DNA of 64,000 nucleotides from Bacteroides fragilis (GTDB lineage Bacteria; Pseudomonadota; Alphaproteobacteria; Rs-D84): NCBI GenBank assembly GCA_963630775.1, contig CAVGNU010000003.1, positions 19,190 to 83,189 of the forward strand, read 5' to 3'. Shown piece by piece: positions 8,734 to 18,115 of this stretch (position 1 is its first letter; each line of letters starts with the position of its first letter). The notes under the pieces were generated by a model. It saw only the letters and a program-made list of their open reading frames with translations, ran no database searches and was not told where the DNA came from. The position numbers and the translations under genes were made by a program.

Positions 8734-8955
8734 TTATTTTTTAACTGGCTTTTTAGTGGCAGCTGCTTTTCTCGCAGTCGACTTTTTCACCGCCGGTTTG
8801 GCCACCGGGGCGTCCTTGGTCTTCATTTCTTTCTTAAATACATTTATGCCATCGGCCAGATTTTTCATAATCGACGGTATCTTCGCACTGCCGAACAAAA
8901 TCATAACCAGTACTACAATCAGTAAAATTTCAGCCCAGCCAAAACGTCCAAACAT
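8734..8955 (-). CDS. tatA: Twin-arginine translocase subunit TatA/E
   Basis: 73 aa. MFGRFGWAEILLIVVLVMILFGSAKIPSIMKNLADGINVFKKEM gives a TM helix plus an amphipathic helix with the FG hinge, followed by a Lys-rich tail. Confidence 0.85.
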   Translation of the reverse strand: MFGRFGWAEILLIVVLVMILFGSAKIPSIMKNLADGINVFKKEMKTKDAPVAKPAVKKSTARKAAATKKPVKK

Positions 8956-8973
8956 CTTATTCCCCTTATCCTA

Positions 8974-9753
8974 TTATTTTGCAACGTAGCAATCCAGACC
9001 ATCGGATTTTGCATTACGGCAGAATCCATTTGCATCGGCCGCCGTGGCGAACGCAATGCGCAATCTGTATGTTGTTTTACCATTTGGCAACTGCGCGGCC
9101 AAGATTACAAATTGTTTACCGGCAAATAAACTCTGATGACCGGCCTGAATCTTGCGCTGTGCGGCCTCGGCCAACGCGCGGGTGCTGTATGAACCAAACT
9201 GAACATACCAACCACCGTGTGCTGGGGCAACCTGTTGTTTAACAACCTTTTTCGGTGCCACCTTTGCCGCTGGCTTTGGTTTTGCCACAGGTTTCGCCGC
9301 AACCGGTTTATCTGGATTAAATGTCACGGCCTGTCTGTCTTCGACAACGCGAACTGGCGTTCCAACTGTTTCCTGAACTGGGGCAACCACGGGCTGTGGT
9401 GCAGGGGCTGGCTTTGCCGGTGCCACGGCCGGCACTGGCGCGGGTACAGGGGCCGGCTGCGCCACCACTGGCATCGCCGGCGCATTTTCCGGACGTGGCG
9501 GTACATTCAACGTGCCATCATCAACAATCACCGCAGGCGCGTCCAAGTCAACTTCTATCGATGACGAAGAATTTCCACCAACCGTGCGAACAATAATATA
9601 TGTCGCCAAAATAATTACAACGATGCCCACCGCCATCAGCAACCATGGCTTTTTCGGGCGTGGCGTGACAAACGGCGTCGCATCAGGCAATGCGTCCACA
9701 TCACTTGCATCGTCTAAATCCAATAAATCCAAATTGTTGTTATCTTCGTTCAT
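8974..9753 (-). CDS. SPOR domain-containing membrane protein
   Basis: Acidic N-terminus, one TM helix, a Pro/Ala/Val-rich linker, and a C-terminal SPOR-like domain (GGWYVQFGSYSTRALAEAAQRKI...YRLRIAFATAADANGFCRNAKSDGLDCYV). Confidence 0.8.
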   Translation of the reverse strand: MNEDNNNLDLLDLDDASDVDALPDATPFVTPRPKKPWLLMAVGIVVIILATYIIVRTVGGNSSSSIEVDLDAPAVIVDDGTLNVPPRPENAPAMPVVAQPAPVPAPVPAVAPAKPAPAPQPVVAPVQETVGTPVRVVEDRQAVTFNPDKPVAAKPVAKPKPAAKVAPKKVVKQQVAPAHGGWYVQFGSYSTRALAEAAQRKIQAGHQSLFAGKQFVILAAQLPNGKTTYRLRIAFATAADANGFCRNAKSDGLDCYVAK

Positions 9754-9827
9754 CAGGAAATCCCCCCATAGTTCTTTGTGACAATTATATCATAAAAAAG
9801 CCAATTCACAAAGAATATATGACGAAA

Positions 9828-9971
9828 TTATTTCGGCATTTGACCAAAATGTGGTGGCACAATCAATTTATGATTTTCCTCTACAATGGGTTCTGTTTCA
9901 CACGTGCGTGTGCACGCTGTCAGCACAGCGGGGATTGTCGCAATTACTAACAATAAAAATACTTTTTTCAT
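9828..9971 (-). CDS. Small putative lipoprotein
   Basis: I prefer the internal Met, giving MKKVFLLLVIATIPAVLTAC with lipobox LTAC. A purine-rich stretch (GGCAGGAA) lies just upstream of the ATG. 47 aa with no recognisable homology. Confidence 0.45.
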   Translation of the reverse strand: MKKVFLLLVIATIPAVLTACTRTCETEPIVEENHKLIVPPHFGQMPK

Positions 9972-10041
9972 TTCCTGCCCTTTCTTTTCTTGCACAAGTA
10001 TGTGGCGCACATAAACGCGCGCCATCAGCTTGTTTTTCGCC

Positions 10042-11775
10042 TTATCGTGGCATCTTTACCGCATCACTCATCTGGGCGATAAATTCAGACAACGGCATTG
10101 TTTCCTGTTTGTTCACGCCCAAACGGCGCAACGTTACGGTCTTGTCTGCCGCTTCTTTTTCGCCGACAACCGCAATAATTGGTGTTTTTGCCAACGACAA
10201 TTCACGAATCTTGTAGTTGACCTTTTCATCACGCAAATCGGCACGCGCCCACACGCCTGCATTGCGCAATTCATCGGCAACCATTGTTGCGTATTCAGAC
10301 ACCTTGCCTGAAATTGGCGCAACAACAACCGGTTCTGGCGACAGCCACAACGGCAAATTGCCCCCCGTTGATTCCAACAAGATTCCCATAAAGCGTTCAA
10401 TCGAACCCAACATTGCACGATGCAACATAATTGGACGATGCTTTTCGCCATCTTCGCCAACATATGACAAATCAAAGCGTTCTGGTAAATTCATATCCAA
10501 CTGAACCGTACCACACTGCCAAATTCTGCCCATAGAATCTTTCAGATAGTTATCGATTTTTGGGCCATAGAATGCGGCGTCGCCTTCGGCAATTTCGTAT
10601 TCAATGCCATTGTCGTCCAGTGCACGTTTCAGCGCGCCTTCGGCCTTGTCCCAAATTTCATCTGAACCAATACGGAATTCGGAATCTTTGCGGGTTGCTA
10701 ATTTCATTGAAATCTTGTCAAAACCAAATTTGCCATAAATATCTTTGATGAAACGCAGAATCTTTACAATCTCTGTCTCCAACTGTTCTTCGGTGCAGAA
10801 AATATGCGCATCGTCCTGCGTAAATTCACGTACACGCATCAAGCCGGACAGGCCTCCTGCGGCCTCGTAACGATTTACCTTGCCAAACTCGGCCAAATAC
10901 ATTGGCAAATCCTTGTACGATTTAATGCCCTGACCAAACACCAACATACCGCCTGGGCACGACATCGGCTTTACACAGAATGTTTTGCCATCTTGGGTTT
11001 TACCAGAATAATTGTGTTCCCCATATTTTGCCCAGTGGCCACTGCGTTCCCATAAACTGCGGTCCATAACAGACGGCGTGGAAATTTCCAGGTATCCCGC
11101 CCGTTCCTGACGACCACGAATGTATTCAATCAGGCGACGATAAATTTTATAACCCTTGTCGTGCCAAAATACCGCCCCTGGCGCATAATCTGGTTCAAAA
11201 TGGAACAAGTCCATATCTTTGCCCAATTTACGGTTGTCGCGCGCGGCGGCCTCGGCCACATTCTGCAAATGCTGTTCCAATTCTTCTTTTGTTGCGAACG
11301 CATCAACATAGATACGCTGCAACATTTTGTTTTTCGCGTCGCCCTTCCAATATGCACCAGCAACATTGCGAATTTTGAACGCATCACGTGGCAAATCTTT
11401 TGATGATTCAACGTGTGGCCCACGACACAGGTCGGTAAAATCACGGAAAGTATAGATGGACAATACCTCGCCTGCGGCATCATATTCATTCAACCATTCC
11501 ATTTTATATGGCTGGTTGGCAAATAATTTTTTTGCTTCGTCCAAATTGACATTACGCTGTTCAAAGCGGCCATTGGATTTAATCAGCGCATGCATTTCAT
11601 GTTCAATTTTCTCGAAATCTTCTTCGGAAAATCTGTGTTCTGTATCAAAGTCATAGTAAAAGCCGTTTTCAATGGCCGGCCCGCCCGCGAATTTTACATC
11701 TGGATACAGTTTCTGAACCGCCGCCGCCATAACATGCGCCAACGAATGACGAATTGTTTCAATTGGATATGACAT
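10042..11775 (-). CDS. thrS: Threonine--tRNA ligase lacking the N-terminal TGS domain
   Basis: 577 aa. It starts directly in the editing (second additional) domain, IRHSLAHVMAAAVQKLYP...GPAIENGFYYDFD, followed by the class II catalytic core and the anticodon-binding domain. Confidence 0.95.
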   Translation of the reverse strand: MSYPIETIRHSLAHVMAAAVQKLYPDVKFAGGPAIENGFYYDFDTEHRFSEEDFEKIEHEMHALIKSNGRFEQRNVNLDEAKKLFANQPYKMEWLNEYDAAGEVLSIYTFRDFTDLCRGPHVESSKDLPRDAFKIRNVAGAYWKGDAKNKMLQRIYVDAFATKEELEQHLQNVAEAAARDNRKLGKDMDLFHFEPDYAPGAVFWHDKGYKIYRRLIEYIRGRQERAGYLEISTPSVMDRSLWERSGHWAKYGEHNYSGKTQDGKTFCVKPMSCPGGMLVFGQGIKSYKDLPMYLAEFGKVNRYEAAGGLSGLMRVREFTQDDAHIFCTEEQLETEIVKILRFIKDIYGKFGFDKISMKLATRKDSEFRIGSDEIWDKAEGALKRALDDNGIEYEIAEGDAAFYGPKIDNYLKDSMGRIWQCGTVQLDMNLPERFDLSYVGEDGEKHRPIMLHRAMLGSIERFMGILLESTGGNLPLWLSPEPVVVAPISGKVSEYATMVADELRNAGVWARADLRDEKVNYKIRELSLAKTPIIAVVGEKEAADKTVTLRRLGVNKQETMPLSEFIAQMSDAVKMPR

Positions 11776-11961
11776 AATTATAAACCTTTCTTACTTTGGT
11801 TTTTGTTATTTTTGTTTTGTTTGATTATTGCATTGCGCGGTCAAAACCGCAAATAGAAATTACACCCCCGCGGGGGTTGTTGTAGTGGTTGTGAATGTCA
11901 AAATAATCATAAATTCTTTCATGTCCCACGACATTTTATGACTATATCATACAAAAATCAA

Positions 11962-11990
11962 TAAAAAATGCCGGCGAACCGGCATTTTTA
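11962..11990 (-). terminator. Rho-independent terminator downstream of the hemolysin III-family gene
   Basis: Minus strand reads ATGCCGG-TTCG-CCGGCAT-TTTTTT. Confidence 0.8.
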
Positions 11991-12737
11991 TTAGTAGTCA
12001 ATTATGCACCCGAACAGCACTGCGAAAAAGAAACACACACTGCCCCCGATGACGAACAAATGCCATATTGCATGCGAAAATTTTAACCGACGCCACAGAT
12101 AGAATATCACACCAACCGAATATGACAGTCCACCTGCCAAGATAAACCACATTCCGCGCGCTGGAATATTACGAATCATCGCCGGCAAAATAAACAGCAA
12201 CGTCCACCCCATAACCAGATACAACAACACCAGCCATTTTGGCTGCTGCTTTGGATTGCGAATTTTCATAAATGCGCCAAAGAACACAATCGCCCACAAA
12301 ATGCCGAACACCGTCCAACCAATCGGCCCACGCAAATTCACCAACATAAACGGCGTGTATGTACCGGCAATCAATGCATAGATGGCAACACTGTCCCATA
12401 CTTCAAAGAAGCATTCGCTTTTTTTGCCAATGGTCGCATGGCACATGGTTGAACCAAAATACAATGTGAACATCGTTAAACCAAAAATCGCACACGATAC
12501 GATTGCCCATGCATTACCCGCCAACGCCGCATACACAACCAACAGTGTCAGCCCCGCAATCGCCAACCCAATGCCAATCCCGTGCGTTAAAATATTTAAT
12601 ACCTCTTCGCATTTTGTGCTGGGTCGTTCCCAACGAAATAATCCCGTTGCACGCAGTATGCGCAATAAATGTCCACCACGCTCATCACGTTTTACTTGTT
12701 TAACATGAACACGCGAATGCTTTTTCGTTTTAATCAT
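11991..12737 (-). CDS. trhA: Hemolysin III / PAQR family membrane protein
   Basis: 248 aa with about 7 TM helices and conserved His motifs (ILTHGIG near the N-terminus, FSHAIWHLFV near the C-terminus). The start overlaps the gltX stop by 8 nt. Confidence 0.85.
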   Translation of the reverse strand: MIKTKKHSRVHVKQVKRDERGGHLLRILRATGLFRWERPSTKCEEVLNILTHGIGIGLAIAGLTLLVVYAALAGNAWAIVSCAIFGLTMFTLYFGSTMCHATIGKKSECFFEVWDSVAIYALIAGTYTPFMLVNLRGPIGWTVFGILWAIVFFGAFMKIRNPKQQPKWLVLLYLVMGWTLLFILPAMIRNIPARGMWFILAGGLSYSVGVIFYLWRRLKFSHAIWHLFVIGGSVCFFFAVLFGCIIDY

Positions 12738-14310
12738 TTATAATCTCCTTTACTCTGCGTTCAACCATATCGCCCCCCATTACCTGCATCACAGAATACA
12801 GATCGGGCGTATTTGTGCGTCCTGTTACCGCCACGCGCAAATTCATTGCAACATCACCATTTTTAACGCCGGCCGCAGTTGCAATCGCGACAATCTTGTT
12901 CCACCATGTATCCTTGTCATCTGCCACATTATATGTTTTCAAAAATTCCGCCAATACATCACAGTTAAATTCAAATTCTGTATTTTTGACATACAACGCG
13001 TCCCAGAAATATGCAACCTCGCCCAACGTTTGGCCCCACGTGATAAAGTCCTTGCGAATGCGTTTCAGATTATCGCGTTCGATACCCAGCATTGCCGCCA
13101 GATATTGCGGATTTTGAACCTGCATCTGTTGCACGTCATTGCCATATTCATTTGCCCAATCTGTAACACAACGCACCAAATCAGATACAGACAATGTCGC
13201 GATATATTCACGCGCCCACCATTCCAATTTTTTCATATCAAACAGCGCACCCGAAATAGGAATCTTTTTCACGCGCAGTGGGTATTGCCATATGGATGAA
13301 ACCTGCCCTTTGGATTTTGCCTCTTCGTATCCAGATGCCGCGATATTGCCCAAATATTCCAACACCGCCGCCGTTGGCCAGCCGTCTTGCAGAAAGAATG
13401 CAACATTTGCCTCTGGGTCTTTGCGTTTGGACAACTTGCGCTGTTTACCGGTCTCATCATCAATTTTATCAATTGTTGATGTGTGAATATACATCGGTGG
13501 CGTCCAGTCCATCATGCGGAATAACTGCACATGCAGCGGGAATGACGGCAACCATTCTTCGCCACGAACAACATGCGTTGTGCGCATAAAGTGGTCATCA
13601 ACCAAATGTGCGAAATGATATGTTGGCAATCTGTCGTTTGATTTAATCAACACAATATCTTCGTTGTTTTCTGGGAAACCAATTGAACCGCGCACTGCAT
13701 CTTTGCAGAAAATACGTTTTGATGGATCGCCGGTTGAATATAAACGAATCGTTGGCACGTCGCCATTGTCCAGATGCGCCATAATTTCATCATCTGTTAA
13801 ATCGCGGTCACGTGCAAATTCACCGTAAATACCGGTGGCAAAACCCGCCGCCTTTTGATTTGCACGAATTTGCTCCATATCATCGGCGGTCAAAAAGCAC
13901 GGGTATGCCAGCCCGCGCGCCAATAAATCCGCCGCCACACTGTGATAAATATCGCGACGCTGGGACTGGTAATACGGGCCATATTCCGGCACATCATTAT
14001 ATTCCAAACCAAAACGATGCATTGAGTCCACAATAATATCAACAGCGGATGCAACCTCGCGCTTGGTGTCCGTATCTTCGATACGCAGCATAAACACACC
14101 ACCTGTATCACGCGCCAATTTGCAATCAACCAGCGCACCATACAGACCACCCAAGTGCATAAATCCCGTCGGGCTGGGGGCAAAACGTGTTACAAACGCC
14201 CCATCCGGCAAATCGCGTGGTGGAAACTTTTTTTCCAATTCGTCCAGTGTATATTTTGGTGCCGCACCCAATACGCGCGCGATTAAATCTGATGACAAAC
14301 CATTACGCAT
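12730..14310 (-). CDS. gltX: Glutamate--tRNA ligase
   Basis: HIGH-type motif FAPSPTGFMHLGG and KMSKS-type motif KLSKRK. 526 aa. Confidence 0.93.
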   Translation of the reverse strand: MRNGLSSDLIARVLGAAPKYTLDELEKKFPPRDLPDGAFVTRFAPSPTGFMHLGGLYGALVDCKLARDTGGVFMLRIEDTDTKREVASAVDIIVDSMHRFGLEYNDVPEYGPYYQSQRRDIYHSVAADLLARGLAYPCFLTADDMEQIRANQKAAGFATGIYGEFARDRDLTDDEIMAHLDNGDVPTIRLYSTGDPSKRIFCKDAVRGSIGFPENNEDIVLIKSNDRLPTYHFAHLVDDHFMRTTHVVRGEEWLPSFPLHVQLFRMMDWTPPMYIHTSTIDKIDDETGKQRKLSKRKDPEANVAFFLQDGWPTAAVLEYLGNIAASGYEEAKSKGQVSSIWQYPLRVKKIPISGALFDMKKLEWWAREYIATLSVSDLVRCVTDWANEYGNDVQQMQVQNPQYLAAMLGIERDNLKRIRKDFITWGQTLGEVAYFWDALYVKNTEFEFNCDVLAEFLKTYNVADDKDTWWNKIVAIATAAGVKNGDVAMNLRVAVTGRTNTPDLYSVMQVMGGDMVERRVKEIIND

Positions 14311-14860
14311 CTTTATTTTCCTTTACCCATTCTGATTTTATTTTTGAAAACACAATCATATCCCGCGGCGTACCATGCAACAGCATAGATTGCCGCGATA
14401 CGCCCTCGCGTACGTATCCCGCGCGATGCGCCACCGCTTGGGATTTGATATTATCAACATCAACCAACAGTTCCACACGATTTGCGCCCAGCGTTTCAAA
14501 GCAAAAGCGTTCCATCACGCCAACCGCGCGCGTCATAATCCCGCGACCATTCGCGTCACGCGACAACCAGTACCCTATTTCGCCACTTTTGCGCTTTTCA
14601 CTGTATTCGACACCAACAGAACCGATTACGCGCCCCGATTGCACAATATAATAATTGCCATTGGCAGTGTCGGCCGTGCGCTGCATAAATGGGTATGCGG
14701 TCTCGGGACTGATGGTGATATCCACCCAATCCAGCCACTGGGCCAAATATTCGCGTTGCCCATCAATCAATGCAAAAACAGTGCGCGCGTTTTCAAACGT
14801 TGGCGCAATTTTTTCCAATTGAAAATCACCAGCCGGTATGACCCGTGGGAACTCTGCCAT
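14303..14860 (-). CDS. GNAT family N-acetyltransferase (RimJ/RimL-like)
   Basis: 185 aa with the acetyl-CoA binding motif GYWLSRDANGRGIMTRAV (R..G.G) and a RimJ-like overall layout. Confidence 0.75.
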   Translation of the reverse strand: MAEFPRVIPAGDFQLEKIAPTFENARTVFALIDGQREYLAQWLDWVDITISPETAYPFMQRTADTANGNYYIVQSGRVIGSVGVEYSEKRKSGEIGYWLSRDANGRGIMTRAVGVMERFCFETLGANRVELLVDVDNIKSQAVAHRAGYVREGVSRQSMLLHGTPRDMIVFSKIKSEWVKENKDA

Positions 14861-14905
14861 GATATTTACCTTGTCTTATAACATATCGGATTCTATACTA
14901 AATAT

Positions 14906-15565
14906 ATGGAAAAACAAGAAATAAGAACTTTTGGCCGCCGGCACGGTAAAAAACTGTCCGCGCGCAAGCAATACTTGCTGGACAATGTGTTGCCCGCAAT
15001 CACCGCGAAAAACGACGAAAATGCTGGCGAATCTAACATTCTGGAAATTGGATTCGGCGCGGGCGAACACGTGCGCGATTTGGCAATTCATAACCCCGAC
15101 GCACTTATTATTGGCGCAGAACCATTTATGAATGGTGTTGCAGCCCTGTTGGGTGCAATAACAGATGACAAAACAAACGAAATTTTACCAGAATACAAAA
15201 ATATTCGCATTTATCCCGACGATGTGCGCAATTTTCTGCGCGCAGGCAATATGAAATTTAACCAGATTTGGATTCTGCACCCCGATCCATGGCCCAAGGC
15301 ACGGCATGAAAAACGCCGCCTGTTACAAACAGAATTTATAAAAATGCTGGCGACGCACCTGTGCGACGACGGCGAAATTATTATCGGCACGGATCATTGG
15401 GAATATTTCGATTGGATAACCGAACGCGCGCGCGAATCTGGCATGCATATGCACACGCCCGATATTGAAACGATTGCAACCCGTTACCAGCATAAAAATA
15501 TGGCAGAAACGACCGCGCCAAAATATCTGGTATTGACCACAGATTCACATAACCCAGAATTTTAA
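14906..15565 (+). CDS. trmB: tRNA (guanine46-N7)-methyltransferase
   Basis: SAM-binding motif LEIGFGAGEH, plus HPDPWPKARHEKRRL, the TrmB signature. Confidence 0.9.
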   Translation: MEKQEIRTFGRRHGKKLSARKQYLLDNVLPAITAKNDENAGESNILEIGFGAGEHVRDLAIHNPDALIIGAEPFMNGVAALLGAITDDKTNEILPEYKNIRIYPDDVRNFLRAGNMKFNQIWILHPDPWPKARHEKRRLLQTEFIKMLATHLCDDGEIIIGTDHWEYFDWITERARESGMHMHTPDIETIATRYQHKNMAETTAPKYLVLTTDSHNPEF

Positions 15566-16219
15566 CCGTGGCATAATCTGGGGCTGCATCGCGGTGACCA
15601 GACGCACAACTTGCTCTGCACGGTTGTGCCCCACCCCTAAACACCAATGCAACGCACCATTAAATTTTTCAACAGGCCCGTCCAACAGGCCATACATACG
15701 TCCGACAAAATCGGACTTTAAGCCACGATCCTGTGGCAATACCAATAATAATGCAGCACCGATTTGATTCAAATTTTCAATCAATCCCAACCAATCCGAT
15801 GGGTTGATTTCGCCGATATTTAACCCAATAACTAAATCCTTGTTAAAAAACAGGTCTGAACGAATCGGGAACATATTCTGTACAAATGGTGAAACATCCG
15901 CCAGCCGCATAAACACCTGGGCCGATGACGCCCCCTGTTTGAATGCCGAATTTATTCGGGCGGCAATATCTGACACATCATCAAATGTGGCAACGCGTCC
16001 CGCAGGCGACAGATAAAACCGCGCAGTAATTTGAACATCTGTACGTTCCAACCATGGCCATACAACCGACACAACCGCGGGCGCAACCGAAATATCACGC
16101 AAGCCATGCGCCACAACCAAATCGGCCGCCGCCGCCAAATCAGGCGTATCAATATCGGCTGCGCACCAAATACCCGTCGCCGCGCCAATATGTTCAAGAA
16201 TATCGTCTGTATCAATCAT
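15545..16219 (-). CDS. Hypothetical protein (weak DeoC-like aldolase pattern only)
   Basis: 224-aa ORF with no competing frame. The N-terminal ADIDTPDLAAAADLVVAHGLRDISVAPAVVS resembles the DeoC N-terminus, but I see no KTSTG-type Schiff-base region. It is divergent from the 16263 operon with only 43 bp between them. Confidence 0.5.
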   Translation of the reverse strand: MIDTDDILEHIGAATGIWCAADIDTPDLAAAADLVVAHGLRDISVAPAVVSVVWPWLERTDVQITARFYLSPAGRVATFDDVSDIAARINSAFKQGASSAQVFMRLADVSPFVQNMFPIRSDLFFNKDLVIGLNIGEINPSDWLGLIENLNQIGAALLLVLPQDRGLKSDFVGRMYGLLDGPVEKFNGALHWCLGVGHNRAEQVVRLVTAMQPQIMPRLKFWVM

Positions 16220-16262
16220 TACGCTTTTTACTTTATCACAAATATGCTATAATAAAAGTCAA

Positions 16263-17162
16263 ATGAAGCGCAGAATTGATAATATGTTACTTGGGCTGTT
16301 GTGGCTGCTGGCGATGACGCTGGGGGTCTGTTTCTGGTTTAACACAATATTTGGATTTAACATATTGTCAGCCGCGCATTGGCAATATTTGGCGTATATT
16401 CAGGCAACACAAACCCCTGTCAGGTCACTGTTTTACATTTCATTTGTTATTATTGTTTTTATAATGGTTGTGGGACTGTACCTGATTATGCGACCACGCC
16501 TGCGTAAAATCCGCCTGCCAATTATGCGCATATCAAAAAATCGTGACAGTGTCGCACCACAACAAAATACAACGTTGCAAAATCAACAGGTTTTGTCCCC
16601 TGCGCCCGCACCAATCGCAAGCGTGCAAACTGGCCCATCAACCGATTTGCGCCCCGCACGTCTGAATACAATTTCATTCGCCACACAACCGACCCCGATG
16701 TCCGCACCAAATGGCATACAACCCAATACCACTGTCGCAGTTGCGGCAACAATCACCGATATTCAACAGGTGTTTATAAATGCTGGTTATACCGTCAAAA
16801 CACCCGCCAGAATTGGCGGAATCAAAACACCACTGTTGGCAATCGGTACGAACGAGGCGTTGTGGCTGGGCGCGAATGGTGCAACGGTGTCTGATGTGCG
16901 CGCGGCGATTGATAAAATGACCGCTGTCTTTGCCGACACGTTGGAAGATATCACGATAAATGTGACGGGGTTTGTACTGGATGCACGCGACGATGCAACA
17001 TCTGAATATGCCGATATTTTAGTATTCCGTTCAATTGATGAATTACGCCAATACATCGCCACGCGCCAGAATATCGCCCCAACGAATATTGACGATGCAG
17101 AAAACTTTAACGCATATTCTGAATACATTGACACCGTTATAAATTACATAGGCAAGATTTAA
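16263..17162 (+). CDS. Hypothetical membrane protein (two TM helices, Q/P/T-rich linker, C-terminal globular domain)
   Basis: 299 aa. TM helices LLGLLWLLAMTLGVCFWF and LFYISFVIIVFIMVVGLYLI, then a low-complexity linker, then a roughly 150-aa domain (IQQVFINAGYTVKTPARIGGIKTPLLAIGTNEALWLG...). First gene of a 4-gene operon. Confidence 0.6.
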   Translation: MKRRIDNMLLGLLWLLAMTLGVCFWFNTIFGFNILSAAHWQYLAYIQATQTPVRSLFYISFVIIVFIMVVGLYLIMRPRLRKIRLPIMRISKNRDSVAPQQNTTLQNQQVLSPAPAPIASVQTGPSTDLRPARLNTISFATQPTPMSAPNGIQPNTTVAVAATITDIQQVFINAGYTVKTPARIGGIKTPLLAIGTNEALWLGANGATVSDVRAAIDKMTAVFADTLEDITINVTGFVLDARDDATSEYADILVFRSIDELRQYIATRQNIAPTNIDDAENFNAYSEYIDTVINYIGKI

Positions 17163-17668
17163 TGCAGTGGTCACAAGATACAGCGCAACGGCGCGCACGC
17201 GAACTGAATCTGGACGACATTCCATTGGTATGTCACCGTCCAGTTGCGACGCGTGTTGATGCGGACTGGTTCGCACGATATAAATCCGCCGCGCACGCAT
17301 TTATGGAATCACTGACCGATTCGGTTGATACGCTGGCATTTATGAATTTAACCCAGAACGAATTTATGGGCCTGATTATGGGGACGCGCATACCCGAAAA
17401 CCTGTCGGTGCGATTTCGCATACCGATAATGTGGGGGGGCACAATTTCACCCGACAATATGTTTTTATGCGCGACATTCCCATCCGCACATAATATGGAC
17501 AGGTTTATTATCGAACAATCAGGCAATGAAATGATTTGGTTGCCCAACCCGTCAAAGAAAGTTTTTGTCCCCGCACACATGGGCGGTGGCGGCGATGGTG
17601 GGAATGCAACAGAAGATCGATTGACACAACTGGCCGCGGCAATGGCGCAATCCCGCGGTATGGAGTAA
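17162..17668 (+). CDS. Hypothetical protein with a degenerate HNH/colicin-DNase-like core motif
   Basis: 168 aa. The start overlaps the previous stop (TAATG). The segment RFRIPIMWGGTISPDNMFLCATFPSAHNMD has the spacing of the beta-beta-alpha-metal core (P-I-x-x-G-G ... D-N ... P-x-x-H) but lacks the leading HH. Confidence 0.55.
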   Translation: MQWSQDTAQRRARELNLDDIPLVCHRPVATRVDADWFARYKSAAHAFMESLTDSVDTLAFMNLTQNEFMGLIMGTRIPENLSVRFRIPIMWGGTISPDNMFLCATFPSAHNMDRFIIEQSGNEMIWLPNPSKKVFVPAHMGGGGDGGNATEDRLTQLAAAMAQSRGME

Positions 17669-17671
17669 GCG

Positions 17672-18112
17672 ATGGCACAAACCATTGATGAATTTTTATC
17701 TGCAATGAAATCACGTGGTGCCAGTATTGCCGCCCCCGCCCCGCATAATGCGCTGATGCTGGCCAATATGGCATTACAGAATATGCGCGCAGCAATGTTG
17801 CCTAAATTTATGATTGATTTATACGCCACATCTGGTGCGATAAATTTGGGTTCGGGTTATATATTTGGCCTGACCGAGGTTTCACGCGGTGCGCGTTACC
17901 CAATCCCAGACATTGTGAGCATCAATCGCGAATTAGCTGGCAATCCGCGCCTGCGCGGTTTGACGGTATTTGGCCGTAACGATTTGTTCTGGTTTGCATT
18001 TAACAGTTTTGGCACATGCGTTATGCTGGACAATTTGAACTTATCGGTTTTGCGCCAATATGCCGATGGCGTGCGCGCAATGCAGGACTGTTTAATCGCG
18101 GGGAAAGTTTAA
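17672..18112 (+). CDS. Hypothetical protein, SUKH (SMI1/KNR4)-like pattern
   Basis: 146 aa. IDEFLSAM...LPKFMIDLYATSGAINLGSGYIFGL...LTVFGRNDLFWFAFNSFGTCVMLD follows the SUKH layout (LP..y..fl...nG ... fg.dg....y.fd). Pattern match by eye only. Confidence 0.5.
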   Translation: MAQTIDEFLSAMKSRGASIAAPAPHNALMLANMALQNMRAAMLPKFMIDLYATSGAINLGSGYIFGLTEVSRGARYPIPDIVSINRELAGNPRLRGLTVFGRNDLFWFAFNSFGTCVMLDNLNLSVLRQYADGVRAMQDCLIAGKV

Positions 18113-18115
18113 TTT

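Noticed and set aside
9250-9500. Apparent DNA repeat in the Pro/Ala/Val-rich tract (PAPVPAPVPAVAPAKPAPAP).
   Set aside because: This is a coding low-complexity linker of the SPOR protein, not a repeat element or a separate gene. The overlapping ORFs on both strands here are artefacts of the compositional bias.
11776-11990. T-box or tRNA-mimic operator upstream of thrS.
   Set aside because: I could not find a specifier loop/T-box 14-mer or an anticodon-arm mimic, only two generic hairpins. It is left as unexplained structure.
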